A stretch of DNA of 64,000 nucleotides from Chiloscyllium plagiosum (Eukaryota), in NCBI RefSeq assembly GCF_004010195.1, contig NC_057745.1, positions 20,270,943 through 20,334,942 of the forward strand, written 5' to 3'. Of this stretch, positions 48,801-62,405 are shown one piece after another. How positions within the stretch are numbered: position 1 is the first letter of the stretch; each line of letters opens with the position of its first letter. A program made the translations under genes and the position numbers. The notes below the pieces were generated by a model that was not told where the DNA came from, did no database searches, and saw only the letters and a list, made by a program, of their open reading frames with translations.

Positions 48801-51800
48801 GCAACGCCACAGCGTGCAACCCGTCCTGCTTGTACAGGTCCCACCTTCCCCAGAATGCAATCCAATTGTCCAAATACCTGAAGCCGTCCCTCCTACACCA
48901 TCCTTGCAGCCATGTATTCAACTGCACTCTCTCCCTATTCCTTGCCTCACTGTCACGTGGCACTGGCAACAACCCAGAGATGACGACTCTGTCCGTCCTA
49001 GCTTTTAGCTTCCAGCCTAACTCCCTGAGCTCCTGAATGACCTCCCCACCCTCTTCCTACCTATGTCGTTGGTGCCAATGTGCACCACAACTTCTGGCTG
49101 CACACCCTCCGCCTTAAGAATTCTGAAAACACGGTCTGACCCTGGCACCCAGGAGGCAACAAACCAACAGAGAGTCTCGCCCATGTCTACAGAACCGCCT
49201 GTCTGTCCCTCTAACTATAGAGTCTCCTATAATTAGTGCTCTCCTCTTCCCCCTTTCCCTTCTGAGCCTCAGAGCCGGACCTCGTGCCAGAGACCCGGTC
49301 ACTGCAGCTTACCCCTGCTAGGCCGTTTTTCCCCCCCCAACAGTATCCAAAGCAGTATACTTATTGTTGAGGGGAATGACCACAGGGGATCCCTGCACTG
49401 CCTGCTTCCTCCCCTTCCCACCTCTAACTGTTACCAGCTACCTCTGTTCTCTGGCGTAACTATGTCCCTGTAGCTTCTATCTGTCACCCTCTCAGCCTCT
49501 TGAATAATTCTCAGTTCATCCAACTCGAGCTCCAGTTCCCTATCGCAGTCTGTGAGGAGCTGGAGCTGGCTGCACTCCCTGCAGGTGAAGTCGGCAGGAG
49601 CGTCGGTGGTCACCCCTACCTCAAACATCCTGCAGGAGGAACATTCCACTGCCTGCGCTGCCATAACTCTACACTTTGTCTCCAAAACAAGAACACTAAG
49701 TAGCTTACCTTTTTTTTTTGTGATACTATTATTAGTGAACGACCTATTATTCTACCAGAACAAATGTATCTACTTAAACTAAACTACAAACAAATTAAAT
49801 AATATTAACTTAAACTAAAATCAAGTAACTTAGAATACAGTAGTGAGATATAATTTAATTTATTTCACTCCTTGAACCTCCACTGAGGCTCCCATCCCTG
49901 GAAGCACCAGCTATAGTACCTTTCCCCTTTTTTTTTTCCCCAGCCTCCTCCTCCCAGTGCCCCACCGGCACCCATACTGATTCCCACAGCTATACCATAG
50001 CCCTAATTAATATTGCTGATAAGTCTGCGTGAATATAATTTAAAAAGGACCACCAGATCTTAAAACTGTTCAGTTTTGAGGTGCACCATATTTGTGAGGT
50101 AGTCTAGGGGGAGATGCTCATCACCAGCCTACACCACCCCATAAGACCTGGTGGTTTTTCTGACATCCAATTCACTAGAATGTTCTTCCTCGCACAGTGG
50201 GTAAGAATGTTACACGATCTCTTCCCATATTCCCCTCGAGAGGGCAAATTTGGCAAACCCAGAAGATGAAATACTGGATCCATGTTAATTTCAATCCCCA
50301 GGATGTCCTTAAGCTCCCTTACTGCAGCATTCTAGTATCTCTGGATCTTACAACGTGACCAGGAGCAGTGTATAAGAGTGTCTACACTAATTTTACATTT
50401 GGGACATCCTGATGACACTCCTCTTTTGAACTTAGCTAGCCTCTTTGGCGCCATATGAGCCCTGTGTAAGATCTTCAATTGTATGCCCTGCGCCCTGTTA
50501 GATACTGAAATTCTCCTTACTTTTTCCCATATATCTTTCCATACCTCCGATGAAATATCCTTTCCTAGCTCTCAATTTCACTTCCAACAGTGTCCTTCCA
50601 TGTCCCCCAAGGCACAACCTTTCTGTAAATGATACAAAGTACTGGCTGAAAGAGCATCTGTACACCCGTACTCTTTTCTCCATGTCTGACTTGTAACACT
50701 GAGCCGAGAGCGTGGTCTTCCTCTGTATATAATCCCTTATCTGAAAGTACTGGAAAAGGTACCTATTAAATAATCCATATTTCTGGCTTAACTGACTAAA
50801 TGACATCAAGACCTCCCCCTCAAACAAATCTCCCAGACATGTGGTTCTCTTATTCTCACATAACTTAAAGCCGGAGTTCATTGCCTCAGGTTTAACTCCT
50901 TGGGCTCCCAGCAACGGGGTAAACGGCGAGGTCTTAGACCAATTGCCCTCGTCTTGTCTCATTATCCTTCAGGCTTTCACTGCATTTAAAATGATTGGAT
51001 TCTTACACTGCTCTGTCATGGATTTCATCTTACCCATAAATAATAAATTAACTAGAGGAGATCTTGACTGCGAGGCTTCAATGTCAAGCCAAATTGACTC
51101 CCAATTCTCCCCTACCCAGTCACCAACATATGCTCACAGGGCGCTTATTTGATATTTCTTCAAATCCGGAATATCCACCCCTCCCTCGCCCTGTGAAAAC
51201 TGCAATTTAGTAAATTAGAAGGCGCCTGTGGTATAAATAAAGGACCCTAGCCAGCCATTGAGCCTCCGTAACACTCGTCTGGGAGCATTCTCATGGAGTG
51301 TAACAGACGAGGAAGAACTTTCATTTTAATCAGGGCTATTTACCCTACCGTGATAATGGTAAACCCACCCATCGCTGCAAATCCTGTTTTATCCTCTCCA
51401 ATAGTTGTACATAGTTAGCTTTATACACCTGGTGGAAGGACAGGGTAATAAAAATTCCCAAATACAAAAAAACCTTTTGACAGCCATCTAAACGGGAACT
51501 GCATTCCATCCTTCAGATTAGGCACCTCCACTAATCCCCCCCTGCTGGCATGGCTTCTGATATTGTAGAGTTGATCCTGTAGTCCAAGAAATTAATTGTT
51601 TTGAACCAGTCAAGGAACAGACTTCTCCAGATTGGCCAAGAACAAAAGGATGTCGTCAGCATATAGGGTGATCTTATGGTTCCCCCATTCCCACCCTTGG
51701 CACTACTATTTCAGGATCAGTCCTGATTGCCTCAGCTAACTGCTCAATTTCCAAGGTGAATAACAGCAGTGAGAGAGGAAACCCCTGTCGATAACTTTAA

Positions 51801-54800
51801 CATTGGGAGAGGTTATCTGACTTAGCACTGTTTGTAATGACTGCTGCCTTAAGATCATTATACAATACCGCCAACAATCTGGCAAAGGATTCCCCCCAGA
51901 TCAAAGCGCTCTAGGACCTGTTGTGGAGAAAATGTAGAGAATCACCAGGAGACGCAGAGAGTTCTTCAAGAAGTAGGTCTTTTATTTGCAAACAAAAAAC
52001 CATGACACTGAGAAAGCAGATTCTCAAATGCCCATGAACCTCGGGGTCTGTGGTTTTAAAATTTTTTTTAATCATGTTTCTGTTTGTTTATCAGCATGTC
52101 CAACTATATTAATCAAAGTACCTCACTCTGGCTACACAATAAACCAGTGATGTTCGTTCCCATTATCTGTTTAGTTGTACGTTCTACTTAACATAATTCT
52201 AATGTCACTTAGATATTTAGTGTTAACTCTTGCAACAATGGTCTTTCATTCCAGACTCTACTTAATTTTCCTAATGGCATGATTAGATATTTATTATCAT
52301 CTCTGCTACAGTGATCTTCCATTCCAGACTAACCTGTCGTGATAGATATTTAGCTATTCCATCTATTACAATAGTCTCCTTTCTCAAGCTGGCTCTACTA
52401 AATATTAATTAGGTATTTCATGTCATGTCCCAAATATTTATGGTCCTAATCTTGTCATAATGACACTTAACAGGGAAACTATCTCTACTAACTGTTATCT
52501 CATCTCACCATAGTGACCTTTCAGCCTTAATCTTACTCTGCTAATTGGTGTAAGAGCATTCCACTATTCTTATCCCATCCTCCCTTCCACAGACCACAGA
52601 TTGCCTGTGGTCTTCGTGCTTTAACCCTTCCCATGCTTTCATGCTCTTTATTTTCCATAGACCCCAAATAGATACAGCCATTCTTTCCCATTAAATGCCT
52701 TTTCTGCATCTAGGGACATCACCAAACCAGGGATCAATCTTTGCTGGCATACTTGCACGATATTCAGTACCCTCCTGATATTGTTGGATGAGCTACAGTC
52801 CTTAAGAAAGCCAGTCTGATCTTTTATAATATGGGCAGGACCTTTTCCAACCTCACAGCCAGCATCTTGGATAGAATTTTAAAATCTACATTCAACAGTG
52901 AAATTGATCTTTGTGAAGCACATTCTTTGGGGTCTTTCCCCTTCTTTAAAATGGGGGAGATATTAGCCTCCCTAAGACAGGGCAGCAGACAGTCCTGTGC
53001 ATATGAAAAGCTATACATCCCCATAAGTGGCTCCACCAACACATTTGAGTTTCTTATAGAATTCACTTGGGAATCCATCTGACCCAGGTGCTTTGCCATC
53101 CTGGAAATGTCTTTTTACTTCCTGTACCATTATATTTGCATTCGATAGGAAAGCTTGTTCCGTGTTTATACTGGGGAGGTCCAGATTCTCAAAAAAGGAC
53201 TGCATTCTCACTGCACTGTGTTCGCCTCCTTCTGACCAGTATAGCTCTGTGAAGTATTCCCTAGATCTAACATTGATCTTCTTCAACTCACGTGTAATTG
53301 TGCCAGCCTTCTTCCTAACAGACCTAATAGATTGGGGAGCTTTTTTCCATCGAGCCAAATATGCCAGATTTCTACCTGGCTTACCTCCAAATTCAAATCA
53401 TCTTTGTTTAGCAAAGGAGACTTTTTTTTAGCCACTTGTGTGTGCAATGAGTGGAGAGCCGCCCGGAGGGCCATGACTCACTGCAACTTGACCAAAGAGG
53501 GCCTATTACAATATGTTTCCTCAACTATCTGCAACCGGGCCTCCAGCATCCATCGTTGCTCCTCCCTCTGCCTCCTTCCAGGCGCATAATATGAAATAAT
53601 CAGGCTTCGTAAATATATCTTAGTGGCCTCCCAAAGTATTGCTGGATTACTGGTAGTACCTGAGTTGATATGCCAGATGTACTTCTGATGTACTATCCCT
53701 TAAAGAAACGGGTCCACCGATTCCACTACCCTTGATTTTAACATCAAAATCCATTGGTGCATGATCCGAGACAGCTATATTCTCAATTTTGCACGTCGAT
53801 GTTCTGGCCAAACTGTCAGTTGGCATAAAAAAATGTCAATTCACGTATTGCACTTGTGTGGGTTGGAGTAGAAAGTAAAGTCTCTTCCATTAGGGTGGAG
53901 ATGCCTCTACACGTCCACTAGTCCAAGTTTTCACACATAACCACCAACTGCTTAAATTGTGCGGGCGTACCTGCCGGGCCCTTTGGCACCCTGTCAACTT
54001 TGGGATCTATTAGGCGATTAAAATCCCTCCTCTGATCATGCGGTGCACCCCAAGATTCATTAATTTAGCGATTGCATCAATTAGAAACTTAAGAGGGTGC
54101 GCCAGGGGACAATGTACATTGAAGACGCCATGTTCTTCTCTTAGAGCTTTAAGAATGTTAAACTGTCCATGTTTGCCCTTAATCTGCTCCCTTATCTGGA
54201 AAGGGAGGTTCATTCTTACCAGTATAGCCACTCCTCTACTCTTGGAGCTGAAGGAGGAGAAGAATACCCTGTCATAACCTCCCTGCTTCCAGTTTCAAAT
54301 GTTCCTTTTCAGTTAGATGCGTCTCTTGCAGTAGGATGATGTCCACCCTTTCCTTCCTAAGGCTAGACAACACTTTCTTTCTTTTAATAGGGGAATGGCT
54401 CCCTAGAATATCATTCTTATTGTTTTGACATGTGATGTGAAGATAGTAGACTTTGTAACTACACTGTGGAATGAATATATGATACATTAAAATATATTAC
54501 CTGTCAGTTTAAAGCTGGAGTCTTGGTTTGAGAGATATTTAAGTTGCATGTTGAACAGAGTTGAATTGATTTGTGGCATATTATACACTTTCATGGGAAA
54601 CTGTTTTGGAGTTTCCCCATCAATTACCTACCATTTGAGCAGATAAAGTCATGCACTGATTTTTAGGTATCATTGCATTCCATCTGAGGAGCGGTTGGTA
54701 CGACTGAACCCAAGTTGACAGTCTAATGTAAAATGCAGTGTCAAGATGTGCACACCCTCAGGTTGATCTCCAACAGAAAAGTTGCAAACTGTAGCTGATT

Positions 54801-57800
54801 GATTAAATGTACTTGCTTTTAAAAGTAAATGATTAAATGTGACTTGTTAATTGATGATCTCCTTTGCTTAGGGTTCTGATGTGGAGATACTCAGCTCAGA
54901 CAAAGGAGAAGCTGAAGGCATTTCACAGCCTTCACCAGATCAACAACTTGACAAACCTTTTGAATTGCAAGGTAAGCAATATAGCAGCTAATGGATGCAA
55001 TTCGAGAAGTTGTTGTTTTTACTCTTCTGGTATGAAGGAGCTGTAAATAAATATGCTGTCAAACGTTGCTAACAGGAAACAAGAAGTTGAAACTATTTAT
55101 CTTGCATTCATCAAAACAAGAATGCAAGAAACAGACTTGAACAAGGGGACTTTTTTTTAAACAACATGAGAAGAGGGCGCTGATTGGTTTAGCCATCATT
55201 GCCATGGAGATGCAATGGGAAAAGTTATCTATCAATTTTAACTCTCAGACCAGGAAGGTTGTATCTAATTCATCAAGGTGTTGTTATCTTGCCATGCAGC
55301 AGAGATTAGTTGTCAAGCTTGTTTGTTTTTTTTATTAAGAAGGTACAATGTATGTATAAATTCCATTTGCTTACATAACCAGGTCCTGTGTAATTGTTTA
55401 TGTAGCTTTTAGCATGTGCAAGTTTATCATACTGAGACCAATTAATGATGTCAAGTTCAGTATTACCAAGCAATTATTTACATAACTTCTCCTGCTGATG
55501 GAATACTGTTCCATGAAGATTGGATACCCACCAGCAGTTTTCCCAAGTGACTGCCATTCATATATGGGCAGAGATGAAATTTTTCACTTGGAAAAGGTCA
55601 GTTCTTTGCCTGTTTTGTTTTTCTCACCTGGTTTATGCTTTCCCTGCAAAATTCTGTATCAGGAGTGGTGACCCTGGCTAATTTTCCCTAATTTTGCCTT
55701 GTTGGCATTCCCCTGTTGAACTAATTGTAGAAATGGTTCTGGGATGTTTCTGGTGCTTGTGACCCAGCTGTTCACTAGATAAGCTTTCTGTCCCTTTTGG
55801 GGTAATGGAATTAATTTGAAACATATGCAAAAAACAGATTTACTGCGGTGTAATGAACTGTCATTTGTGAGACAAGTTTTGAAGGAGGTATTTCATTTCT
55901 CACTTTTGTATATTTCAGTATATAAACATTTTTATTAGCAAAAAATTAAATATTTAAAAATTATAAGTGGATGGATTAGTTGGTGACACAGTGTATATAT
56001 TTTTGACTTTTCGTGTACATTTATGCTGAGTGGAACAGCATGTTCCAGTGCAAACTTAATTTTTTTTCTCTCAAGCTGCACAGTCTTTAATCTTCTCGCT
56101 CACTCCCTCTAATTTCTAGGTTGAGAAAAATTGTGTATGTAACAACTATTTACTTTTATTTATGTTGATTGGTTCCTGTAAAATTTAGTCCAATAAATGT
56201 GACTGCTGTAGCCAGATGGATTTTAGATGAGGAGAGGGTTTTATGGTAGCATGACCCTCCTTGTCCTTTCCTTTTATTGAGTTTTGCATTTTTCTGACAT
56301 GTAATCCACCTAGCTTGGTATCTGCCAAGCGCTTCTAAATCTTGTGGACCACTGTCGGTTTATTGCACTAGCTGCAAGCTGGAGCAAAGCTTTCAGCTAC
56401 TTTTCCCTCAAGACTACAAGCAACACGGAGGTAAATTGGAGTGAATTCCAGAGGTCTGTGACATACCTTTGTTGACCTTTAATGAAGTGAATGAATTTTC
56501 AATATTTCAAAAGAGAGTGGAACTCCTGTTCGGGAGGGAAAGTAACGGGTAGAACTGAGTTGATGATGCAGTTCTTTTTAAGAAAACTATAGTTTTCAGT
56601 TAACAATGCGTGCTTCATGTGAGTCTTTTATGTATAAAAACGTAGAGTTATGTGGCTTAGTTCTGTCAATTAATTATGGAGTGTTTGGATTTCTCTTTAA
56701 ACATTAACATTCCCCAAAAGGATTGTAACAAGATCACCTCCCTCCTGCATCTAGCTTTAGTATCTTGCAAGGAACCTGTGGTTTCTTTTCTCTTTGACAC
56801 TAACCACTATTTTTTTGCTCCCTCTTTTACTTTCTGCCCAAAAGCTTGGAGCTGGCAAGTTTATTTATTAGCACAGCTATCCTTGCCCTTCATTCCCAGG
56901 TGTGAGAAATTTACACCTTGATCAATAAATCACATGAATTTAGCCATCCAGTTATGGGGGAGTTTTCCTGGTCTTTTGGTCAATATTTGTTCATCAACCG
57001 ACCTTGCTAACATGAGTGGAGATGGTGGCATTGTGATAATGTCACTTGACTAGTGGCACTCTAGAGATGTGGGTTTACAACTCAGCGTGAAATCTGGTGA
57101 AATTTAAATTTAATTCATAAATTTGGAATTGAACACTCGTAATTGTGACCTTGAAACTATCATCAAATCATTGTAAAAACCCATTTAGCCCACTGGAAAT
57201 TCACTGTCTTTGCCTGGACTGACTTACATGTGACTCCAGACCGACAGCAGTGTGTTTGACTGTTAACTGCCTTCTGAAATCTCCCATTTGAAGGCCAAAT
57301 AGGGATGGGCAACAAATTACTTTGCCCACTTCCCATGATATAATTCCTTTACTTTTTGAAAAAAAATCAAAATCTTCTCAACATGTGATGTATGGTGTGT
57401 GGTTTTTCTATGTTTTAACATTATGTATTTTAGAGTTTGGATTTTGTTCGGGACATGTAGATTTTGGTTAGTCTCTCTAAAAATGTTTATGCGTCAACTT
57501 GTGGGTGGTTTTGTAGGTGATTTTCTGATGTATAATGGGATTTTGTTTATATTATGAGATTTTCAGTGAATAGAGTAAATGTTCATTAGATGTTCAGTGT
57601 AAAAGGTCAAAGATTTTTTTTTGTTTTCTTTTTGATCAGGGAAATAACTCCGTGTTGGGGAAGAAAATTTTTTCAGTTTATTTTTAGCAGTTTTGCAGAA
57701 GTCTTGCTGAAGCTGGATGTGTAAAACAGTTGCTTCTAAAGAATGGAGATAGTTAAGAACTATTAAGATATAGATCACTGCAGTGTTAGGGTGTTTTGGT

Positions 57801-60800
57801 TTTAAAATTCCAGAAGTGTGTGGTTAAAACATAAGTGTTATTTGAAGCTGAGAAAGTCTAAACTTGGCCTCTTCCTGAGTCTTCATACAACTGTCAGATT
57901 CTCAATGAAGAGACAGTTAAATGAAAAACTATAGATCTAATAGAGGGAATTCACCCTGGTGTGAATACTGTAAAAGGAGTGCTTTTGGGATTAATGGGAC
58001 TGAGTTTTACTGTGTGTTTGGAAATCATTAAACATGGTTTGTTCTATTTCAATTTTCATTTCTTGTGAGTAATAAACTTCTGTTTTGTTGTTAAAACCAA
58101 ATCTGCATTGCATGCTTGTACTTCCGTTAAAGACCACTGAGAAAACATATGATGTATCAAGTCAAATTTCAGTCTAGCATCTGACTTGTCCAGTAAAAAC
58201 ATGAGCTGGGATTATAACACTATTTTCTGGCAGTAACTACAAGTTACAACTCAAAGTGTTTCATTGAACAGGAAGTAGGTTCCATGGTTCTCAATGAGGT
58301 CATTTAAGCAGTGGTTAGCACTGCTGCCTCACAGCGCCAGAGACCCCGGTTCAATTCCCGACTCAGGCGACTGACTATGTGGAGTTTGCACATTCTCTCC
58401 GTGTCTGCGTGGGTTTCCTCCGGGTGCTCCAGTTTCCTCCCACAGTCCAAAGATGTGCAGGTCAGGTGAATTGGCCATGCTAAATTGCCCATAGTGTTAG
58501 GTAAAAGAGGGTAAATGTAGGGGAATGGGTGGGTTGCGCTTCGGCGGGTCAGTGTGGACTTGTTGGGCCGAAGGGCCTGTTTCCACACTGTAAGTAATCT
58601 AATCTAATCTAATCTAATCTAAAGTGCAAGTTCATTTCTCCTCTTTCTTGCTTTCTCTTGTGACCTATCAAACAATATATTTCATTGGTTTCTGGTCTGC
58701 CATGTTTCCCAGACTGATATTTGTTTGTTGAATTAGGCAGTAAAAGACTTTTAGGGACTTCCCAGGGTTTTGCTGTAAATCTGTAGGTTAGCACAAATAC
58801 CAGCTTCCACAATTCCCTTTCGAATCCTTTTAATAACACCTCTGAACAGGTTGATTTAAATATCTGAATGTTGCATTTAAGGAGAGAAAGTGCTTTTGTT
58901 TCAAAGGATTTTTACTGTTTTGTTTGGTCAGAGCTTTACATTTCAACTACTTCCGTTGTTTTTCCTGGCAAATAGGTGTTGCACTATGCTAATTTCCAAA
59001 TATTGAACATGTGAAGCAGAAGCACATTATTGTTTCATAAGGTGAAATGTTTGTCGCTATGCTTTGAATGAGTCTCCTTCTGGTTAGGAGTAAGCCAGTT
59101 ATGTATCTTACAAACTGCTAGCTGAAAAAAAAGTGGATTCTTAGGAATTTGCTAAAATTGTTCCAAGCTATAATTTATGAGACATTTTAATTTTGGAATG
59201 TATATTTAGTTACATGAAAAAATTAAGCTTGTTTGGGCATAGAAAAATACTTTGTTATTAATATGAATTAGTCATAATTTCTGTAGAATAAAATTCTTGC
59301 AATAGATACTTGATGTGTTTTGATTATCACTTAATTCATTTCTTAATATTTTCTATGATACACTATCATGGAATATAATCAGCTTCTATATTTGCCTATT
59401 ATAATTAAATTTGAATTTGTAATCTGTTAGAATAATTTTAACTTTAAATTTATGAAATAAAAAACTTCTTTTGCACATTGTGTACTTTATTAAATGGAAA
59501 CTCTGCATTGTGTTCTTTGGTTGCTGCAAATCCGGCAATGTGATATTTTACTGAGAAATGTAAATAATCCCGGCAGCTAGTCCTGTGTAAACCAGGAAAT
59601 TTGTCCCTGGGGATTTCGCTGTGGCAACTTCTTAATTTTCATTTTTGAATAATTTGTTGTATGGTTTAAATTTAATGAAAGCTTGACGTGTTTTTGCACT
59701 GCATAATTTTTTTTTCAGCAGAAGAAACTGAGCACCCAGAACTACCAATGGAAACTCTTACCACCTCGGTTACGTTAGCAGAAAAAGAATTATTCTCTGA
59801 GGTGAGAGTACATTGGAATCTGTTCTCTGTTATGAACACAGAGGCACAATATTTAAATAGTCAGATGTTAACACACAGCTTCTGTGGAAAGTGTAGCAAA
59901 TTGCATAATATTGCCACTAAAGCTATTGAGGAAAGGTGATGGAATCATGAAAACCCTGATTAAAAACAGTTACTGTTTTAAATAATTAGTATGCAGGAAT
60001 TTATCATTTCTGTGTAGCACACAGCCTCTAACTGTACATAGCTGATTTTAACTGAAGTGATGATGTGTGCATTTTATGAGAATAGTCTAAACAACAAACA
60101 CTTAGAAAATATTTGGCATATGAAACAGTAAAAATACCTTAAACATAATCTCTCACGGTCATGAAAGTCAACTTTGTGGCTGAGGATCAGAAGACCAATA
60201 ATCCTGGGAGCTGCTTTGTCAGAACTGCATTATACATCTCAAGTTTCGACCAATGTTAATTGAAGTAAAGTTTTAAAATCATGCTTTTTTTTCTAATTTA
60301 ACATATTCTTTTTTGAGATATGTCCTCGCACTCCTTATATTAATTGGCTTCACTTTCTATCATAGAAAGTTTGAGTGGTATATAGGGTGGTTGCATTTGT
60401 TTCACTCTCTTGCTCTTTCATCCATTTCAACTCTAAATGTACTGTTCTGCATAAACCTTCCTGGATCCTGTGTTGAACACAAGACATTGTACAATCTCCT
60501 CTTGAGTTCAGTGGTGTTGGGGAAGACAGAATTTATTACATTTAGTCAACATTTTATAAGCTTGATATCACCTAATCACTAGTTTTTGATTTACTATTTC
60601 TTTTCTCTTTTTTTTAATTGATCTCTCTTGGAAGTCAAAATGTTTGTAATTCCAACTATTAAAAGTAAATTAAAATTATTCTACCAGAAGTGTACCAACA
60701 AAGTAACTTTTAAACACCTGGCAAGAGTGTAAGATGGTCAGATGCTGCTTAGTTGATTTGCTGGAATAGGTTATTGCTGATTCTGATTTTTTAAATGGAA

Positions 60801-61044
60801 ACTTAACAAAAGACTACTGTTTGCTTGTTCTAGCCAGCAAAAGGTAAAATGGCTGATGACAGTACTTTTGTTGGTGCAACTAGTGATGATTCAGATATTG
60901 TTACCCTTGAACCGCCACCTGTAGAAGATCTTCAGGCTGTCCAGGAGGAAACTGAAGTTGCAGCACAAGAGCAAACAAACTATGATGAATTGAACCTAGG
61001 CTCGTCTTCCAGCAGCCAGTATACCTTTGCTCCACCAGAAACTG
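42773..61044 (+). CDS. CCPG1: Cell cycle progression 1 (ER-phagy receptor), 5' partial CDS: join(42773-42832,54872-54971,59719-59801,60834-61044); continues beyond the window
   Basis: [20 protein letters not shown]|GSDVEIL...|...[12 protein letters not shown]...[11 protein letters not shown] matches the vertebrate CCPG1 N-terminus; splice phases are consistent (0,1,0,1). Confidence 0.93.
44233..44403. mobile_element. Penelope family A palindromic element with a 14-bp TSD
   Basis: Central palindrome ACGTTTCGGGCATGAGCCC...GGGCTCATGCCCGAAACGT; TSD TCTGTTCACTATTA at 44219-44232 and 44404-44417. Confidence 0.88.
46507..49710 (-). mobile_element. Near full-length decayed CR1-type LINE (ORF1 Zn-finger/SGNH esterase and ORF2 EN-RT), spanning an assembly gap
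   Basis: [64 protein letters not shown]. Confidence 0.92.
47863..48315. other. Assembly gap (453 N)
   Basis: Run of N inside the CR1 element. Confidence 1.
49750..54412 (-). mobile_element. Decayed L1-clade LINE ORF2 (endonuclease plus RT); its 3' tail probably resumes at ~46405-46505 beyond the nested CR1
   Basis: [27 protein letters not shown] (EN), [28 protein letters not shown] and LYADDILLF (RT). Confidence 0.88.
51919..52659 (-). mobile_element. Solo-LTR-like insertion interrupting L1 ORF2
   Basis: 4-bp TSD GACC at 51915-51918 and 52660-52663; removing it restores the L1 frame [12 protein letters not shown]; AATAAA on the minus strand. Confidence 0.75.
54872..54971 (+). CDS. CCPG1: CCPG1 coding exon 2 (100 nt)
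   Basis: cctttgcttag|GGT; [16 protein letters not shown]...FELQ; donor G|gtaagc. Confidence 0.88.
57384..58219 (+). mobile_element. Probable solo LTR
   Basis: TGTGAT...ATAACA termini; AATAAA at ~58071; no TSD seen. Confidence 0.5.
58308..58622 (+). mobile_element. HE1-type SINE with a (TAATC)n tail
   Basis: Same family; ends GTAATCTAATCTAATCTAATCTAATCTAA. Confidence 0.9.
59719..59801 (+). CDS. CCPG1: CCPG1 coding exon 3 (83 nt)
   Basis: T-tract cag|CAG; [28 protein letters not shown]; donor GAG|gtgaga; bridges phase 1 to phase 0. Confidence 0.8.
60834..61044 (+). CDS. CCPG1: CCPG1 coding exon 4 (211 nt)
   Basis: ttgttctag|CCA; [15 protein letters not shown] (FIP200-interacting motif) and [12 protein letters not shown]; donor G|gtaagc. 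Confidence 0.92.
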
Positions 61045-61237
61045 GTAAGCGTTGGTCGCTAGAGTTTAACTCTGTATGAGCTAACAGTCTCTGACCACAG
61101 TAATTTATTTCTCTGTTGTAGATATCTTGGAGTAAGTGTGAAATTCATAATTAGTAGCAACTGTTTGTTTTTGTTCAATTATTAGAATATTGCATAACTA
61201 TTGAGGCTAAAACATAATTACTTTATAATCCTGTAAA

Positions 61238-62405
61238 ATCATAAGAAATAGGATGAGGAGAAGGCAGTTCAGCTGTTCGAGCCCACTCTGCCATTCAGTA
61301 GGATCATGACTGAGTTGCCGTTTCTCCGTAAACTGTGATCCCATTATGGATCAAGAATCCACCTATCTCAATCTTAAATATGCACAAGGACTCTGCTCTC
61401 ATAGCTTTGTGGCAGGAGGTTTCAAAAATGCTCAACCTTCAGAAAAGAAATTCCTCCTTATTTCAGTTTTAAGTTGGCACCCTTTCATTCTTAGATTGTC
61501 TCTGGTCCTATATTGTCCTATGAGAGGAACGTCCCTTAAATATTTACCATGTCAAGCCCTTTAAGATATGATCCCTCATTTTTCTTTAACTCCAAAGAGT
61601 AGAGTTCCGGTCTTCTTTACCTTAGCTCATAGGACGATCCTTCTTTACTGCGGATTGTCCAACTTTGTACATTTGTGAAGTCCGAGTTGGAGAGCCATGC
61701 AGCACAGAAGAGGTCCTTAAGCCTATCGAGTCTGCATTGACCTATGTACGCGAATGCCGCTTTCCAGCAGTTGGCCCATAGCCTTAATGTTATAATATTT
61801 CAAGTGCTTATCTGTATATTTTTTAAAGGATGAAATTTACAATCTACAGCCCTCCCAGGCAGTGCATTCCAGATTCCCAACAGACCCTGGATGGAAAAAA
61901 AATTCCTCAAATCCCCTGTAAAGCTCTTGACCTTCACTTGAAAATCATGTCACCTTGTTATTGAATCTTCAACCAGGCGAAACCATTGCATTCTATCCAC
62001 TCTGTCAATGCCCCACATAATCTTAAAGACCTCAATCAGGTTCCCCTCAGCCTTCTCTGTTTTAAAGTAAATAATCTGAGCTTTTCTAGCTGATTTTCAT
62101 AGGTGAAATGCTCCATCCTAGGCAACATTCTGACATAGCTCCTGTGCAAAAGAAGCAAGGGTGATGTGAGAAAAATATATTTTTACATAGTGAATAGTTA
62201 GTGTATGGAATACACTACTTGGAAATATAATGGAGGAACATTCAATTGAGGCATTCAAGAGGACATTGGATGATTATTTGGATAGAAATAGTGTGCAAGG
62301 GTCTGGGGAAAAGGCAGGAGATTGGCACCATGTTATGATGGTCATTTGAAGAGCAAGTGCTGGCACGATGGACTGAATGATAATCTTCTGTGATTCTGTG
62401 AACAG
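61238..62405. repeat. Cluster of old CR1-like 3' fragments in both orientations
   Basis: CR1-type 3' UTR similarity at ~61240-61640 (-), ~61690-62145 (-) and ~62150-62400 (+). Confidence 0.6.
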
